A stretch of 44,200 nucleotides of DNA, from assembly GCA_963836205.1 (NCBI GenBank), contig CAWIIV010000018.1, forward strand, positions 1 to 44,200. The letters run 5' to 3'. The notes beneath the pieces were generated by a model. That model ran no database searches, was not told the DNA's origin, and saw only the letters and a program-made list of their open reading frames with translations. Positions 1 through 10,232 of the stretch are shown here, piece after piece. A program made the position numbers and the translations under genes. This DNA comes from an uncultured Acidimicrobiia bacterium (GTDB lineage Bacteria > Actinomycetota > Acidimicrobiia > Acidimicrobiales > AC-14). Each line of letters opens with the position of its first letter. The stretch's first letter is position 1.

Positions 1-512
1 CGGCCACCGTCGTCTCCCGCAGCGCCAGGACTTCGGCCGTCAGCGACCCCTCGGGACCGACGGCGATGTCGGCCATCGGCACCGGCTCGACCTTGACCGC
101 GATCGCCAGCCCGGGAGCCTCGCTCTCCGACGGCACGGTGAACGGCGCCGGATGGTAGAACCGGCACGGGCGGGCCTGTTGCGGGGTCGTTGGTCGACCA
201 GGTAGCCGGGTAGCGCAGGCGGAAGCCCTCGGACTCTGCGGTGCACACGACGAAGTTGCCCGGCGGCGTGGTGGTGGACGGGGCCGGCGTCGAGGAGGAG
301 GTCGGCGCCACCGACGGCGCGGGCCCGCCGACGTCGCCTCCGTCCCCACATCCCGCCATAGCTGCCGCCACGGCGACCGCCAGGGTGGCCACGACCGACC
401 AGCGCTGACCAACTACGGCCGGTGATGCCGGACGACGCCGCCCCCGGGCGATGATGGTGTGAACCGCGTTGCCACAGTGGGGGCGGACGCCACGCCGCTG
501 GCCCTGCATCAT
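1..512 (-). CDS. Putative lipoprotein, runs off the left edge; probable single-base frameshift near 170
   Basis: Manual translation from ATG 512 (ATGA overlap with the mscS stop) gives a hydrophobic stretch and lipobox AMAG-C, a Pro/Thr/Ser linker, then GFRLRYPATW. GC3 pattern shifts frame near 170 (PCRFYHPAPF). Start uncertain. Confidence 0.55.
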   Translation of the reverse strand, partial: MMQGQRRGVRPHCGNAVHTIIARGRRRPASPAVVGQRWSVVATLAVAVAAAMAGCGDGGDVGGPAPSVAPTSSSTPAPSTTTPPGNFVVCTAESEGFRLRYPATWSTNDPATGPPVPVLPSGAVHRAVGERGSRAGDRGQGRAGADGRHRRRSRGVADGRSPGAAGDDGG

Positions 513-1561
513 CTCGACCCGTCGTGGGTTCGGGCCGACGCGGCGTTCGCGCCTACGTCTCGATCGGGCAACTCCGTGTCCGTGGGCGACCCGCCGGCGT
601 CACCCCGGTGCCAGACCACCCGTTGCGGGAACGGGATCTCGATGCCTTCGGCGTCGAACTGCTGCTTGATCCGCGCTCGCAGCTCCCGGGCGACCCTCCA
701 CTGTGAGAGCGGCTTTGTCTTGACCACCAGCCGGATGGTGACTCCGTCGGCGTCGAGGCTCTCGACCCCCCAGACCTCCGGCTCCTCCAGGATCTCGTCC
801 GACCAGCCCTCGTCGGTCCAGGTCTGCTTGGCCACCCGCTCCATGACGGCGATCGCTCGCGCCGTCTCGGTGCCATATGCCACCTGCACGTCGAGCAGGG
901 CCCGAGACCACTGCTGCGACTTGTTCGCCACGTAGGCGATCGTTCCGTTCGGAATGTGCCACACGTTGCCCTCCACGTCGCGCAACCGGGTCGTGCGCAG
1001 GCTGACCCCCTCGACGGTTCCGGTCGCAGGGCCGGCGTTGATCACGTCGCCGACGCCGTACTGGTCCTCTATGAGCATGAAGATCCCCGACAGGAAGTCG
1101 CGCACCAGGTTCTGGGCGCCGAACCCGAGGGCCACGCCGGCGATCCCTGCCCCGGCCAGGAGAGGCCCGAGCTCGAGACCCACCTCAGCGAAGGCCATGA
1201 GCGCGGCCATCGTCCACACGGTGAAGGAGGCGACGCTGCCCAGGAGGGCGCCGATCGTGTCCGCTCGTTGGCTGGCCCTCACCGACAGGGCGGGCGCCGT
1301 GCGCAGGAGCGTCCCGGCCGAGCGGTCGACGGCCGACGCAACGTCGGCCCTCACGTCACCGAGGCCCTTCGTGAAGCGTCGGATCGCCCGCCGCAGGACA
1401 CGGGCAGTGATCCACGCCACGAGCAGTATCAAACCGATTCGGGCTGGTCGCGCCACAAAGACGTCGCTGGCCCGGGCCACCACCTCGTTGCCGGTCAGCC
1501 GGTAGACGGTGTCGCAGAGGGCGCCCGAGTGCTCGGGTGCCCCGCAGGCTTCCTCGGGCAC
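509..1561 (-). CDS. mscS: Small-conductance mechanosensitive channel (MscS/YbiO family)
   Basis: AGIAGVALGFGAQNLVRDFLSGIFMLIEDQYGVGD, LRTTRLRD, IPNG and GIEIPFPQR motifs. Confidence 0.92.
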   Translation of the reverse strand: MPEEACGAPEHSGALCDTVYRLTGNEVVARASDVFVARPARIGLILLVAWITARVLRRAIRRFTKGLGDVRADVASAVDRSAGTLLRTAPALSVRASQRADTIGALLGSVASFTVWTMAALMAFAEVGLELGPLLAGAGIAGVALGFGAQNLVRDFLSGIFMLIEDQYGVGDVINAGPATGTVEGVSLRTTRLRDVEGNVWHIPNGTIAYVANKSQQWSRALLDVQVAYGTETARAIAVMERVAKQTWTDEGWSDEILEEPEVWGVESLDADGVTIRLVVKTKPLSQWRVARELRARIKQQFDAEGIEIPFPQRVVWHRGDAGGSPTDTELPDRDVGANAASARTHDGSR

Positions 1562-1785
1562 GGCTATCTGGGTCAGAACCGACAGGATCCTCGCTGGTCA
1601 ACTCCTCTCGCCTGGCCGTGGGGCCTCAGCTCCTCGGGTTCCGCCGCCGACACCTGGCGACACGAGCAGGCGGTCTGTCGCTCACGACGCGGTCGGAACC
1701 CCGGACATCCTACCGAGTCCTCGACCGGACATCGCGCTGGCTCGCCGACGGCGAAATCGCGGCGAGGTGGGCGGAACCCCCGGGC

Positions 1786-2013
1786 TTACTCGTGATGGCG
1801 GCCGTGGACCAGAAGGCCACCGGCGACGAGGCCCACCACCAGACTGGCGAAGAGAGCGACCCACAGGGGCGCGGTGACCTCTGGGATCAGAAACCGGATC
1901 GTGGTTGACCGCCGGTTCTCGAGGACGAAGATCACGGCCAGCACCACGAGCACAAGTCCGGCGGTCTGCCGAGGGGTGAACGGGAACCAGCGACTGAGAC
2001 GCTTGGAGTCCAT
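1786..2013 (-). CDS. Small LapA/DUF1049-type membrane protein
   Basis: 75 aa, two TM segments, IFVLEN...IRFL...PLWVALF pattern. Confidence 0.7.
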   Translation of the reverse strand: MDSKRLSRWFPFTPRQTAGLVLVVLAVIFVLENRRSTTIRFLIPEVTAPLWVALFASLVVGLVAGGLLVHGRHHE

Positions 2014-2194
2014 GCCCGCAGGGTATCGGGCGCTGCTCGCCGCTCCTCGGCATCCCGGACCACGCCGCTCGGCGGCATCACCGGGGGTGAAGCGGGGAGG
2101 TCGGGCGTGGACCTCGACATACAGGTTGTGGGGGAGAAGCCGCCGGCGCATCTCCAGGCAGCCGAGGGTGGAGGCGACGCGCGAGCATCTTCGC

Positions 2195-3634
2195 ATGGCC
2201 GACGATCAGCCCGACCAACCAGGGGCCGTTGTGGGTCGCGGGTCGCGGCGTTCTTCGATCGGGCGGCGCATGTTCGCCGTTGCCGCCGTAATGGGCTTGG
2301 GCATGGTCGGAGCCTGTGCCGCCCTGGCCATCGAACCAGTCACCCGGGGGACGGTCGGACCTGGCTCGGTGGCCGTTCGTGCCTCGTTGGGCGGCCGCCC
2401 AACGACAGAGCTGGAGCTCCCTCCCCTCGGAGCGCTCTCGGCTCGCACGCACCGGTCACCCCTGAAGCTGTCGGCGACGGTCCAGCAGCTCGACATCCAG
2501 GAGCTCCAGCGCCTTCTGGCCGGCAGTGACCCAGAGCTCGCCCTCCGCAGGTCGATCACGCAGGACGTCGAGCCTCTGCTGCGCGCCTTCGTGGTTCGCA
2601 CGCTCATCTTCTCGGGTGTCGTCGGGGGACTCCTCGGAGCGGTTGTCCCGCGCCGGCGGCCGACTCTGGTGGTGGCCGGCATCACGGGGGGTGTGGCGGG
2701 CGCGGCGCTGGTCCTCGGGCTGACGTGGACCACGTTCGACGCCGGAGCTTTCGAGTCTCCGCAGTTCGTGGGTCCGCTGGAGGAAGCGCCGCACGTGCTG
2801 CAAACCATCCAGCGCCATGTCGACAGCTTCGAGGACGTGCGAGGGCGCGTCGACATCCTGAGTCGCCAGCTCACGAACCTGTACCAGGCGGCATCGGCCG
2901 AGCCCCAGCCAGGTCCCACTGATACCGCGATCCTGCACGTCAGTGACATCCACCTCAACCCTCTGGGCCTCGAGTTCGCCTCGCGGCTGGCCCGGGAGTT
3001 CGGGACCCGAGCCATCGTGGACACTGGTGACCTGACGTCGTTCGGCCTCCCTGTCGAAGCCCGCATCGGAGACATCCTCCGCACCATGCCCGTGCCGTAC
3101 TACTTCGTCCCCGGAAACCATGACTCGCCCGAGGTCCGCACCGCCCTGGCGGGGGTCGCCAATGTGACCGTGCTCGACGGTCAGCTCGTCGAGATCGGCG
3201 GCGTCCGGGTTCTCGGCGTCGCCGACCCGACGTTCACCGCCGACAACAAGACGAGCCCCGGGGAGGCGAAGGACGCCAAGACCCAGGAGGCTCCGATCGT
3301 CGCCCAGCTCGTCCAGGAGCTCGGCCCGGACGTGCTCGCGGTCCACGATCCGGTGTTGGGCGCAGAGGCGGCCGGAGCCGTCCCCCTGGTCGTCCAAGGT
3401 CACACCCATCGGCGGCGATCTGAGCTCCGCTCCGGCACGAGGTTCCTCACCGTTGGAACGTCCGGCGCGAGTGGGCTCGGCGCCTTCACCGTTTCGACCG
3501 CGCTGGCGTACGAGGCGGAGGTGCTCCACTTCCGGGGCGGACAGCTGGTTGCTGTCGACTACGTGTCGCTGGCCGGAGTGGAGGGCAGCTTCCGGGTCGA
3601 CCGCGAGGTGGTGCCCCGCGCACCCGCGGCCTGA
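2195..3634 (+). CDS. Membrane-anchored calcineurin-like metallophosphoesterase
   Basis: HVSDIH, DTGD, PGNHD, VH and GHTH motifs; N-terminal TM segments. Confidence 0.88.
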   Translation: MADDQPDQPGAVVGRGSRRSSIGRRMFAVAAVMGLGMVGACAALAIEPVTRGTVGPGSVAVRASLGGRPTTELELPPLGALSARTHRSPLKLSATVQQLDIQELQRLLAGSDPELALRRSITQDVEPLLRAFVVRTLIFSGVVGGLLGAVVPRRRPTLVVAGITGGVAGAALVLGLTWTTFDAGAFESPQFVGPLEEAPHVLQTIQRHVDSFEDVRGRVDILSRQLTNLYQAASAEPQPGPTDTAILHVSDIHLNPLGLEFASRLAREFGTRAIVDTGDLTSFGLPVEARIGDILRTMPVPYYFVPGNHDSPEVRTALAGVANVTVLDGQLVEIGGVRVLGVADPTFTADNKTSPGEAKDAKTQEAPIVAQLVQELGPDVLAVHDPVLGAEAAGAVPLVVQGHTHRRRSELRSGTRFLTVGTSGASGLGAFTVSTALAYEAEVLHFRGGQLVAVDYVSLAGVEGSFRVDREVVPRAPAA

Positions 3635-3651
3635 TCAGCGGGCAGGGGGGA

Positions 3652-4650
3652 TCAGACCGCGGGCGTCTCGCCGTAGACGAGCACCGTCGACCCCATGGGC
3701 ATGAGCCCGAAGTCCCAGATGAAGTCCATGGCGGCAAAGCTGACGCGAGCGCAACCGTGGGAGACGGGGAAGGGCGGAATGCTGCCGTAGCCGTGGACCG
3801 CGATCCCGTCCTCGTGGAAGTACTTCGGCCGGTAGAGGGGCCCGAGATTGCCGTCCTCCCACCCGTCCGTCTCCCAGAACACGGTGTGGGTGCCGGGGGG
3901 AGTATCGGCGAGCGCGGTGTAGCCGTGCGGGTGGTCATACGGCAGCTCCGTCCCCGTCGACGTGTTGAAGACCCAGTCGATCCTGCCGTCGATGACGCTG
4001 AAGAGGACTTGGCGCGCCTTGTCGATCTCGATCACCCGTCCTGCTCGACTCTGGGGTACGGGCGAGGTCGGATTGGCAAGGACAGCCCGGGTCTGGGGTC
4101 CCACCCGGCCGTCGACGGCAATGCCGTTCGCCTTCTGGAAGGCGTAGACAGCCTGTTGGGTGAGCTGACCGAACGCCCCGTCCGCCGAGCCGAGCCAGTA
4201 ACGGAGGGCGGTGAGCCGCTCCTGCACGGCGAGAACGTCAGGGCCCTCATCGCCCCGACCCAAGACCGCAGGTGTCGGGGGCACGGTGTTCGGGGGCCCG
4301 GTGGTCGGGGGCCCGGTGGTCGGGGGCCCGGTGGTCGGGGGCACGGTGGTCGGGGGCACGGTGGTCGGGGGCACGGTGGTCGGGGGCACGGTGGTCGGGG
4401 GCACGGTGGTCGGGGGCGGAGTCGCAGGGGGGTCCGTCGTGGGCGGGACGGTGGTGGGGGCCTCTGTCGTGGGGGGCACCGTCGAGGGTCCGGAGGTCGT
4501 TGATGGAACTGGGGCGATCGTTTCCGTCGAACCGGCAATGGTCGTTGAGGTCGGAACCGGCGTGGTCAGCCCGGTGTCCTCAGGACTGCCGCAGCCAATT
4601 GCAAGGGCGAGGAGCGCCACAGGAACCAGAACCTGCCAACTGACGCCCAT
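3652..4650 (-). CDS. L,D-transpeptidase lipoprotein with PG-binding domain and Pro/Thr linker
   Basis: Lipobox LAIG-C; PG-binding motif DGAFGQLTQQAVYAFQKANGIAVDGRVGPQT; catalytic IAVHG...SHGCAR. Confidence 0.9.
   Translation of the reverse strand: MGVSWQVLVPVALLALAIGCGSPEDTGLTTPVPTSTTIAGSTETIAPVPSTTSGPSTVPPTTEAPTTVPPTTDPPATPPPTTVPPTTVPPTTVPPTTVPPTTVPPTTGPPTTGPPTTGPPNTVPPTPAVLGRGDEGPDVLAVQERLTALRYWLGSADGAFGQLTQQAVYAFQKANGIAVDGRVGPQTRAVLANPTSPVPQSRAGRVIEIDKARQVLFSVIDGRIDWVFNTSTGTELPYDHPHGYTALADTPPGTHTVFWETDGWEDGNLGPLYRPKYFHEDGIAVHGYGSIPPFPVSHGCARVSFAAMDFIWDFGLMPMGSTVLVYGETPAV
4276..4417. repeat. 15-bp tandem repeat (9 full units plus a partial) encoding PPTT(V/G)
   Basis: Consecutive CGGGGGC(A/C)CGGTG(G/T)T units. 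Confidence 0.95.
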
Positions 4651-4970
4651 GGCTCGGCGCCTCGCCGGGTCGCCGGGATCGAAGCCGGTGCCGGAGAACG
4701 GGCGCCGGGCGGCCGCAATCAAACCCTGCTGGCCTCGACGCCGTGCGCCAGCGACGCCACTGGCCGGTCCTTCTTCGTCGGTGCAGGCGGCCACGGTCGC
4801 TCCTTCTCGGCGTGCCTAGCTTTCGAATGCGAGCTGCTTGCTCGCCCCGAGCGCGGCTACCGCCAGTATTGCCTGCCGCCGAAGTGCCGCGACAAGGACC
4901 ACATCGCCCCATCACTCGCCACCCCCGCGGCCGACTCCGGAGTGGGCGTGAGCGCCGTAGCATCCGGTCG

Positions 4971-6224
4971 GTGGGATCACGCCGGGCATCGTCGCAAGCC
5001 AGGTGGCGGGCCCAAGGCGGGGACCGACGCCGGACACCGACCCCCTTCCGCCGGCTGGCCGAGGTGCAGGTCCTTCACGCCGCGGGCGACGGCATGGTGG
5101 CCGTTGCCCTCGCCAACACCCTCTTCTTCGCCGTCCCGATCGGCGAGGCACGCGACAAGGTTGGCCTGTATCTGGCGCTTACCATGGCGCCTTTCGCCGC
5201 CCTTTCCCCGCTCGTCGGACCCTGGCTCGACCGACGATCTGGCACCTACCGGCTCGCGATCATCTTCGCCGCGGGAGGCCGGGCCGTCCTCGCTCTCCTT
5301 CTCGCTACCCGCACCGACCGTGTCGCCCTGTACCCCTTGGCCTTCGGGCTCCTCGTCCTGTCCCGGATGCACGGCGTCAGCCGCAGCGCGCTCATGCCCG
5401 ACGTGCTGCCGCCGGACCGGTCGCCTATGTGGGGGAACGCCAGACTGGCGGTGCTTTCCGTCGTGGGGGGGACTCTCGGGGCCGGTCTGGCGGCAGGGGC
5501 AAATGTGATCAGCGGGTCGGGACTGGCTTTGGGCTTCGCCGTCGTCGTGTTCTCTGCTGCGGTCGTGCCCGGGACGCGGATCCCCCGTAGTCCTACGGAG
5601 GGCAGGGACCCCGTCGAGGCCGGCGACTACCGGGCGCTGCTCAGCTCGCGCTTGCTGGCCGGAGGGGTGGCGATGGGTGCCAGCAGGGCGGCGGTGGGCT
5701 TCCTCACGTTCCTCCTGGCGTTCCTGCTCCGGGCCGAGGGGGAGCAGGGCCGGGGGTTTGCAGTGGTAATCGCCGGTGCTGGCATCGGTGGCTTCGCCGG
5801 TGCGGTCCTGGCGCCAGCCCTGCGCGCCCTAGTCCGGGAGACGTTGCTCCTCCAGCTCAGCCTGGGAGCGACGGCGGTGGCGGCGCTCTGGGCCGGGGGG
5901 TCCTTCGATGTGCCGCGCGCGGCAGTGGTGGCGGGCGTCGTAGGACTGGCGACGGCGAGCGGTCGACTGGCATTCGACAGCCTTCTCCAGGTTGACGCAC
6001 CTTCGACCGTACGGGGCCGCACCTTCGCCCGCTACGAGACAATCTTCCAGCTCTGCTGGGTCAGCGGCGCCGGCCTCGCCACCGCCGTGCCGTTCCGGGC
6101 CAGCGCCGGCATGCGCAGCCTGGCGCTCATCGCGTCAGGCGGAGTGGCGCTCTCCATTCTCGGGCTGATCCGACGCCGGCCCACAGGCCGACGGACAACG
6201 GGCGCTCCCGGTAGGGCGGGGTGA
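4971..6224 (+). CDS. MFS-like membrane protein
   Basis: About 12 hydrophobic segments; HAAGDGMVAVALANTLFF, LYLALTMAPFA and RGRTFARYETIFQL. Start uncertain (GTG 4971 follows a TAGCAT -10-like hexamer). Confidence 0.8.
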   Translation: MGSRRASSQARWRAQGGDRRRTPTPFRRLAEVQVLHAAGDGMVAVALANTLFFAVPIGEARDKVGLYLALTMAPFAALSPLVGPWLDRRSGTYRLAIIFAAGGRAVLALLLATRTDRVALYPLAFGLLVLSRMHGVSRSALMPDVLPPDRSPMWGNARLAVLSVVGGTLGAGLAAGANVISGSGLALGFAVVVFSAAVVPGTRIPRSPTEGRDPVEAGDYRALLSSRLLAGGVAMGASRAAVGFLTFLLAFLLRAEGEQGRGFAVVIAGAGIGGFAGAVLAPALRALVRETLLLQLSLGATAVAALWAGGSFDVPRAAVVAGVVGLATASGRLAFDSLLQVDAPSTVRGRTFARYETIFQLCWVSGAGLATAVPFRASAGMRSLALIASGGVALSILGLIRRRPTGRRTTGAPGRAG

Positions 6225-6525
6225 TGGGATTGGCGGCGCGCTGACGTCCTTGGGTGTGGGGCGACGCCATGTCCACCTGCCGTACCTCAGGACGTGCCCC
6301 GCACCGGGCTCGTGGTGCCGGGGCTGATCACCGCCCATCGCGGCGCAGCTGGTGATGGGCGAGTCATCCATCTCCCCATACCAGCTGACCGGGCGCTCGG
6401 ACGGCCCAACCGCTGACGCCGCGTCGACCGACGACGCTCGACCTGACGACCGGATGCCCCGGGATCGCCCGCGGTCCCCGGCCCGACGCTGTTGATTTCC
6501 CCGGTCCTCGCCGGGCCACCAAGAT

Positions 6526-6582
6526 GGGGGGCAACCACTTCGGTGGCGGGTGAGCCGGGAAGCCTGGTCGGCGGTGTAGCCA
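6526..6582 (+). promoter_or_regulatory. Candidate structured 5' leader of nhaA
   Basis: CCAC-TTCG-GTGG (cUUCGg tetraloop) followed by GGGTGAGCCGGGAAGCCTGGTCGGC, upstream of the SD AAGGAG. Confidence 0.35.
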
Positions 6583-6603
6583 CGCGACCGAAGGAGCACG
6601 CCC

Positions 6604-7940
6604 ATGGGTACCAGCAAGACCGACAACGGCGGGCCCGGAGGCGATCTGGCCGGTCCCGGCGCAGCTCTTCCCGGGCGGCGGATGCCGCGAGTCCTGCGCC
6701 AGTTCCTGGCGACCGAGTCCGCCGGCGGGCTCGTCTTGCTGGTGGCTTCGGTGGTGGCGCTGGTGTGGGCCAACTCGCCGTGGCACGGTTCCTACGAGGC
6801 GCTGTGGCACACCGAGCTGTCCGTCGGCGTGGGCCGGTTCGTGCTCGTCGAGGACCTCCGGCACTGGGTGAACGATGGGCTCATGGCCCTGTTCTTCTTC
6901 GTCGTGGGGCTTGAGATCAAGCGAGAGCTCGTCCACGGCGACCTGCGCGAGCCCCGGGTGGCGGCCATGCCCGCCATCGCCGCCCTCGGTGGCATGGTGG
7001 TCCCTGCCCTGCTCTTCCTCCTGGTGACCGTCGGCGGCGGCGGGGCCAAGGGCTGGGGCATTCCCATGGCCACCGACATCGCCTTCGCCATCGGTGTCGT
7101 GGCCCTGCTGGGTTCGAGGGTGCCGGCGTCACTCAAGCTCTTCCTGTTGACCCTCGCCATCGTCGACGACATCGGCGCCATCGTGGTGATCGCGCTCTTC
7201 TACGCCACCGACATCCGGCCCGGTCTTCATCGCCACTGCGGCCGGGATCATCGTCGTGATGCTGGTCATGCGGCGCGGCGGGCGTCGTGTGGACGCCGCC
7301 CTATGTGGTGCTCGGCGTCGGAGTGTGGCTGGCGACGCAGGCATCGGGTGTCCATGCCACCATCGCCGGGGTGGCCCTCGGGTTGCTCGCTCCGGCACGG
7401 GCCCTCAGCCCGGCCGCGGTCACCCGCCAGTGGGCACGGGACCTGAGCGACGATCCCGGTCCGGCCGAGCTCGCCGTCATGAACCGCCTGGCTCGAACCA
7501 CGGTCTCACCCGCCGAGCGGCTCGAGCACCTGCTGCACCCGTGGACGAGCTTCGCCGTGGTGCCGCTCTTCGCCCTGGCCAACGCCGGGGTGGTGATCAA
7601 GGCCGATTCTTTCGATGCTCCGGCGACGGTCGGTGTGACGGCGGGCGTGGTGCTCGGCCTGGTGGTGGGCAAGGTGGTCGGAATTTCGGCGGCGACGTGG
7701 CTGGCCGTGCGGTGCGGGCTCGGCCGCCTACCCGAGGGGGCTACCTGGGCCATGGTCGTGGGCATCGCCGCCATCGGCGGCATCGGATTCACCGTCTCGC
7801 TGTTCATCGCCGAGCTCGCCTTCGATCCGGGTGCTATCCAGGACGCGGCCAAACTCGGTGTGCTGGGTGCGTCCACCGTGGCCGCCTTGCTCGGCGCGGC
7901 GCTGCTGGCGAGAGCCTGCCGAGGCAACTCGCACGGCTGA
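6604..7940 (+). CDS. nhaA: Na+/H+ antiporter NhaA with two apparent frameshifts (about 7220 and 7278)
   Basis: WVNDGLMALFFFVVGLEIKRE, GWGIPMATDIAFA, LAIVDD, SGVHATIAGV, PLFALANAG and GIGFTVSLFI spread over three frames. Confidence 0.9.
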
Positions 7941-8103
7941 GCGTCCGTCGTTCGGCTCGGAGCAGGGCTTCGGTATGCCGGACGCATGCCGACTCACGTT
8001 GGCGATCGGGGTCCGCCCCGGCGACGATGATGATCTTACGTAGACCCAAAGATAAGACGTCCGTCACCCCAATCGAGGCCCACTGCATGCGGCGTCGGGA
8101 TCG

Positions 8104-8844
8104 TCAAGGACGCCGAGGGCCTTCCGACAGATAACGGTAGAAGATCTTTTCGGCGTCGTCGAAGGCGACCTCGGCGATGTCCCGTTCGACGTACACCGAG
8201 GCGAAGCCGGTGTCGAGCAGGGTCGGGACGTCCCAGTGGGGGCGGCGCCGGCCGCTGAGAAACAGCTCCAGGGCGATGGCGTCGCCGTCGGGGTGATGGT
8301 CGTCGGGGTCGGGCTGGTAGCCGGCGGCGACGGCGTCGCGCTCGTCGGCCTCGATCCGAGCTCGCAGTTCGGCGTCGTGGAGGGAGAGGTACCAGTTTCC
8401 GTCGAAGATCAGCAGTCGGCCCCCGGGCCGCAGCACCCGGTACCACTCCCGGTAGGCCCGCTCCGGGTCGGGGAGCAGCCAGGTGGCGTTGCGGCACAGG
8501 AGCAGGTCGAAGCTGTCGTCGGCGAAGGTGAGCGCCTGCGAGTCCATGACATGGAACTCGACGTCGGTGAGCCCGGCCGCCTCGGCGTTGGAGCGGGCGG
8601 TGGCGAGCATGTTGGTGGCGCAGTCGACCCCCGTCAGGTGGTGGCCGCTGCCCTTGAACAGCAACGGGAAGAACCCGGGGCCGGTGCCGAGGTCGAGGAC
8701 CCGGAGCCCGCCGCCGGCCGGGCGGTTGGCCTCCACCAGCGCTCGCCACGCCGACCGCCGGGGTCCGGACAGCTCACCCTGGATGTACCGCTGATAACTC
8801 TCGTTGGCGCCTTGCCAGTAGTCGGTGATCCGGTCCTGCAACAC
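8104..8844 (-). CDS. Class I SAM-dependent methyltransferase (MT1)
   Basis: VLDLGTGPG, DDSFDLLL and RVLRPGGRLLIFD. GTG 8844 is preceded by GGAGG and a Nur-like box (ORF is open to 8958). Confidence 0.88.
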   Translation of the reverse strand: MLQDRITDYWQGANESYQRYIQGELSGPRRSAWRALVEANRPAGGGLRVLDLGTGPGFFPLLFKGSGHHLTGVDCATNMLATARSNAEAAGLTDVEFHVMDSQALTFADDSFDLLLCRNATWLLPDPERAYREWYRVLRPGGRLLIFDGNWYLSLHDAELRARIEADERDAVAAGYQPDPDDHHPDGDAIALELFLSGRRRPHWDVPTLLDTGFASVYVERDIAEVAFDDAEKIFYRYLSEGPRRP

Positions 8845-8867
8845 GGCGAACCCCTCCCGATTCTTAT

Positions 8868-8882
8868 TGGGAACTGGTCGCA
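8868..8882. promoter_or_regulatory. Nur-box-like operator upstream of MT1
   Basis: TGGGA-ACTGG-TCGCA, one mismatch to TGCRA-N5-TYGCA. Confidence 0.65.
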
Positions 8883-9086
8883 GATTAACCACGACGCCGT
8901 CAACCATTGAAGTCGTGTTGGAGGCCCTGTCCTTGGGGGTGGCCAAGGCGCTGGTCACCCCACCACCTCGCGTAGTGGTTCGGACTCGCCGTCCCAGGCG
9001 GTCGTCAGCGACGGGCCGGGCGCTGCCGCCAGCAGATGACCGGCCACGGACGCGAATCGTGATCTCCTTCGCCGCCCACGTCTCAG

Positions 9087-9121
9087 TTGACCGGCAACGG
9101 TGTGATAGCTACCCTCTCGCT
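9087..9121 (+). promoter_or_regulatory. Sigma70-type promoter with a degenerate box over the -10
   Basis: TTGACC-17-TACCCT; AGCTA-CCCTC-TCGCT at 9107-9121. Confidence 0.55.
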
Positions 9122-9152
9122 ACCGCATGCTGGCAGTGACAAGGGGGCTGGG

Positions 9153-10232
9153 ATGAACTGTCGGGCCGGGCGGGTGGTCGTCGCCACCCTGCTGGTCGCC
9201 GCGTGCGCCGCGTGCGGAGAGTCGGCGTCGGAGGAGACGACTGCCACCACCGCCGACGCCGCGACACCCGGGTCGTCCGCAGCCGTCGCCGGCTTCCCCG
9301 TGACCGTTGCCGACTGCAAGGGCCTGTCGCAGACCTACCCGGCGCCCCCGAATCGGATCGTGTCGCTGAGCGCAAGTGCCATGGAGACCCTGTACTGGCT
9401 GGGGGTGGGCGACAGGATCGTCGGGACGGCCGAGGGCCCCTACACGGAGACCCAGTTCCCGACGCAGTTCCGGGCCGCGGCCAAGTCGGTCGAGGTCATC
9501 GCCGACCCCTACGTCCCCGGCCAGGACTACCTGGGCGTGACCTTCGAGCGGCTCCTGGCCAAGCAGGCCGACTTCGTGTACAGCGACTTCACCACCACCT
9601 TCGTGAGCTTCAGCCAGGCCGAGCTCAAGGATCGTGGCATCCCGTCCTACCTGTCCTTCAGCACTGACTGCCCAGAGGCCGGCGCCCAGACCAACCTCGA
9701 CCTCGTGTACAAGGAGATCCGTGACGTCGGCCAGATCCTCGGTCGCAGCACGGAGGCGGAGGCCGTCGTCGCCGCCATGCAGAACAAGCTCGCCGACGTG
9801 GCGGCCAATGTCGGATCCCGGCCCAAGCCCCGGGTGCTGTACCTGGGCGGGGACAGCATCACCGCCGAAGCCCCGAGCTCGGCCATCGGCAACCGCCATG
9901 TCGTCAACGCCATCCTCGGGTTGGCCGGAGCCGAGAACGTGTTCGACAACCTCGACACCGGGTACCAGGAGGTGGGCTGGGAGGAGATGGCCGCCCAGAA
10001 CCCGGACGTGATCGTGCTCACCGTGGGGAACTACGTCGAGGGCGACTACCAGCAGGTGATCGACAAGGCTAAGACCGTGCTTCGGGAGCACCCGGCCACC
10101 CGCAACCTGGCCGCCGTCGTCAACGACCGCATCGTCGACATCGACGCCTGGCTGACCGGCGCAGGTGGCGTGCGCAACGCCGACGCCGTCGTCGACCTGG
10201 CCCGGAAGTTCCACCCCGACGCCTTTTCTTGA
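9153..10232 (+). CDS. ABC substrate-binding lipoprotein, FecB/BtuF (TroA-like) class (SBP1)
   Basis: Lipobox CAA-C, Thr linker, FPVTVADC, RIVSL, WEEMAAQNPDVI, LAAVVNDR. Confidence 0.92.
   Translation: MNCRAGRVVVATLLVAACAACGESASEETTATTADAATPGSSAAVAGFPVTVADCKGLSQTYPAPPNRIVSLSASAMETLYWLGVGDRIVGTAEGPYTETQFPTQFRAAAKSVEVIADPYVPGQDYLGVTFERLLAKQADFVYSDFTTTFVSFSQAELKDRGIPSYLSFSTDCPEAGAQTNLDLVYKEIRDVGQILGRSTEAEAVVAAMQNKLADVAANVGSRPKPRVLYLGGDSITAEAPSSAIGNRHVVNAILGLAGAENVFDNLDTGYQEVGWEEMAAQNPDVIVLTVGNYVEGDYQQVIDKAKTVLREHPATRNLAAVVNDRIVDIDAWLTGAGGVRNADAVVDLARKFHPDAFS

Noticed and set aside
4276-4417. Repeat array as a CRISPR
   Set aside because: Contiguous 15-bp units with no spacers, in frame within a Pro/Thr linker; no cas genes
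8960-9150. Cobalamin riboswitch ahead of the BtuF-like operons
   Set aside because: No B12-element signature (GGGAA...GGTG..A.TCC, GCCACTG, B12 box) seen here or in the other SBP leaders; Nur-like boxes are present instead. Checked by eye only.
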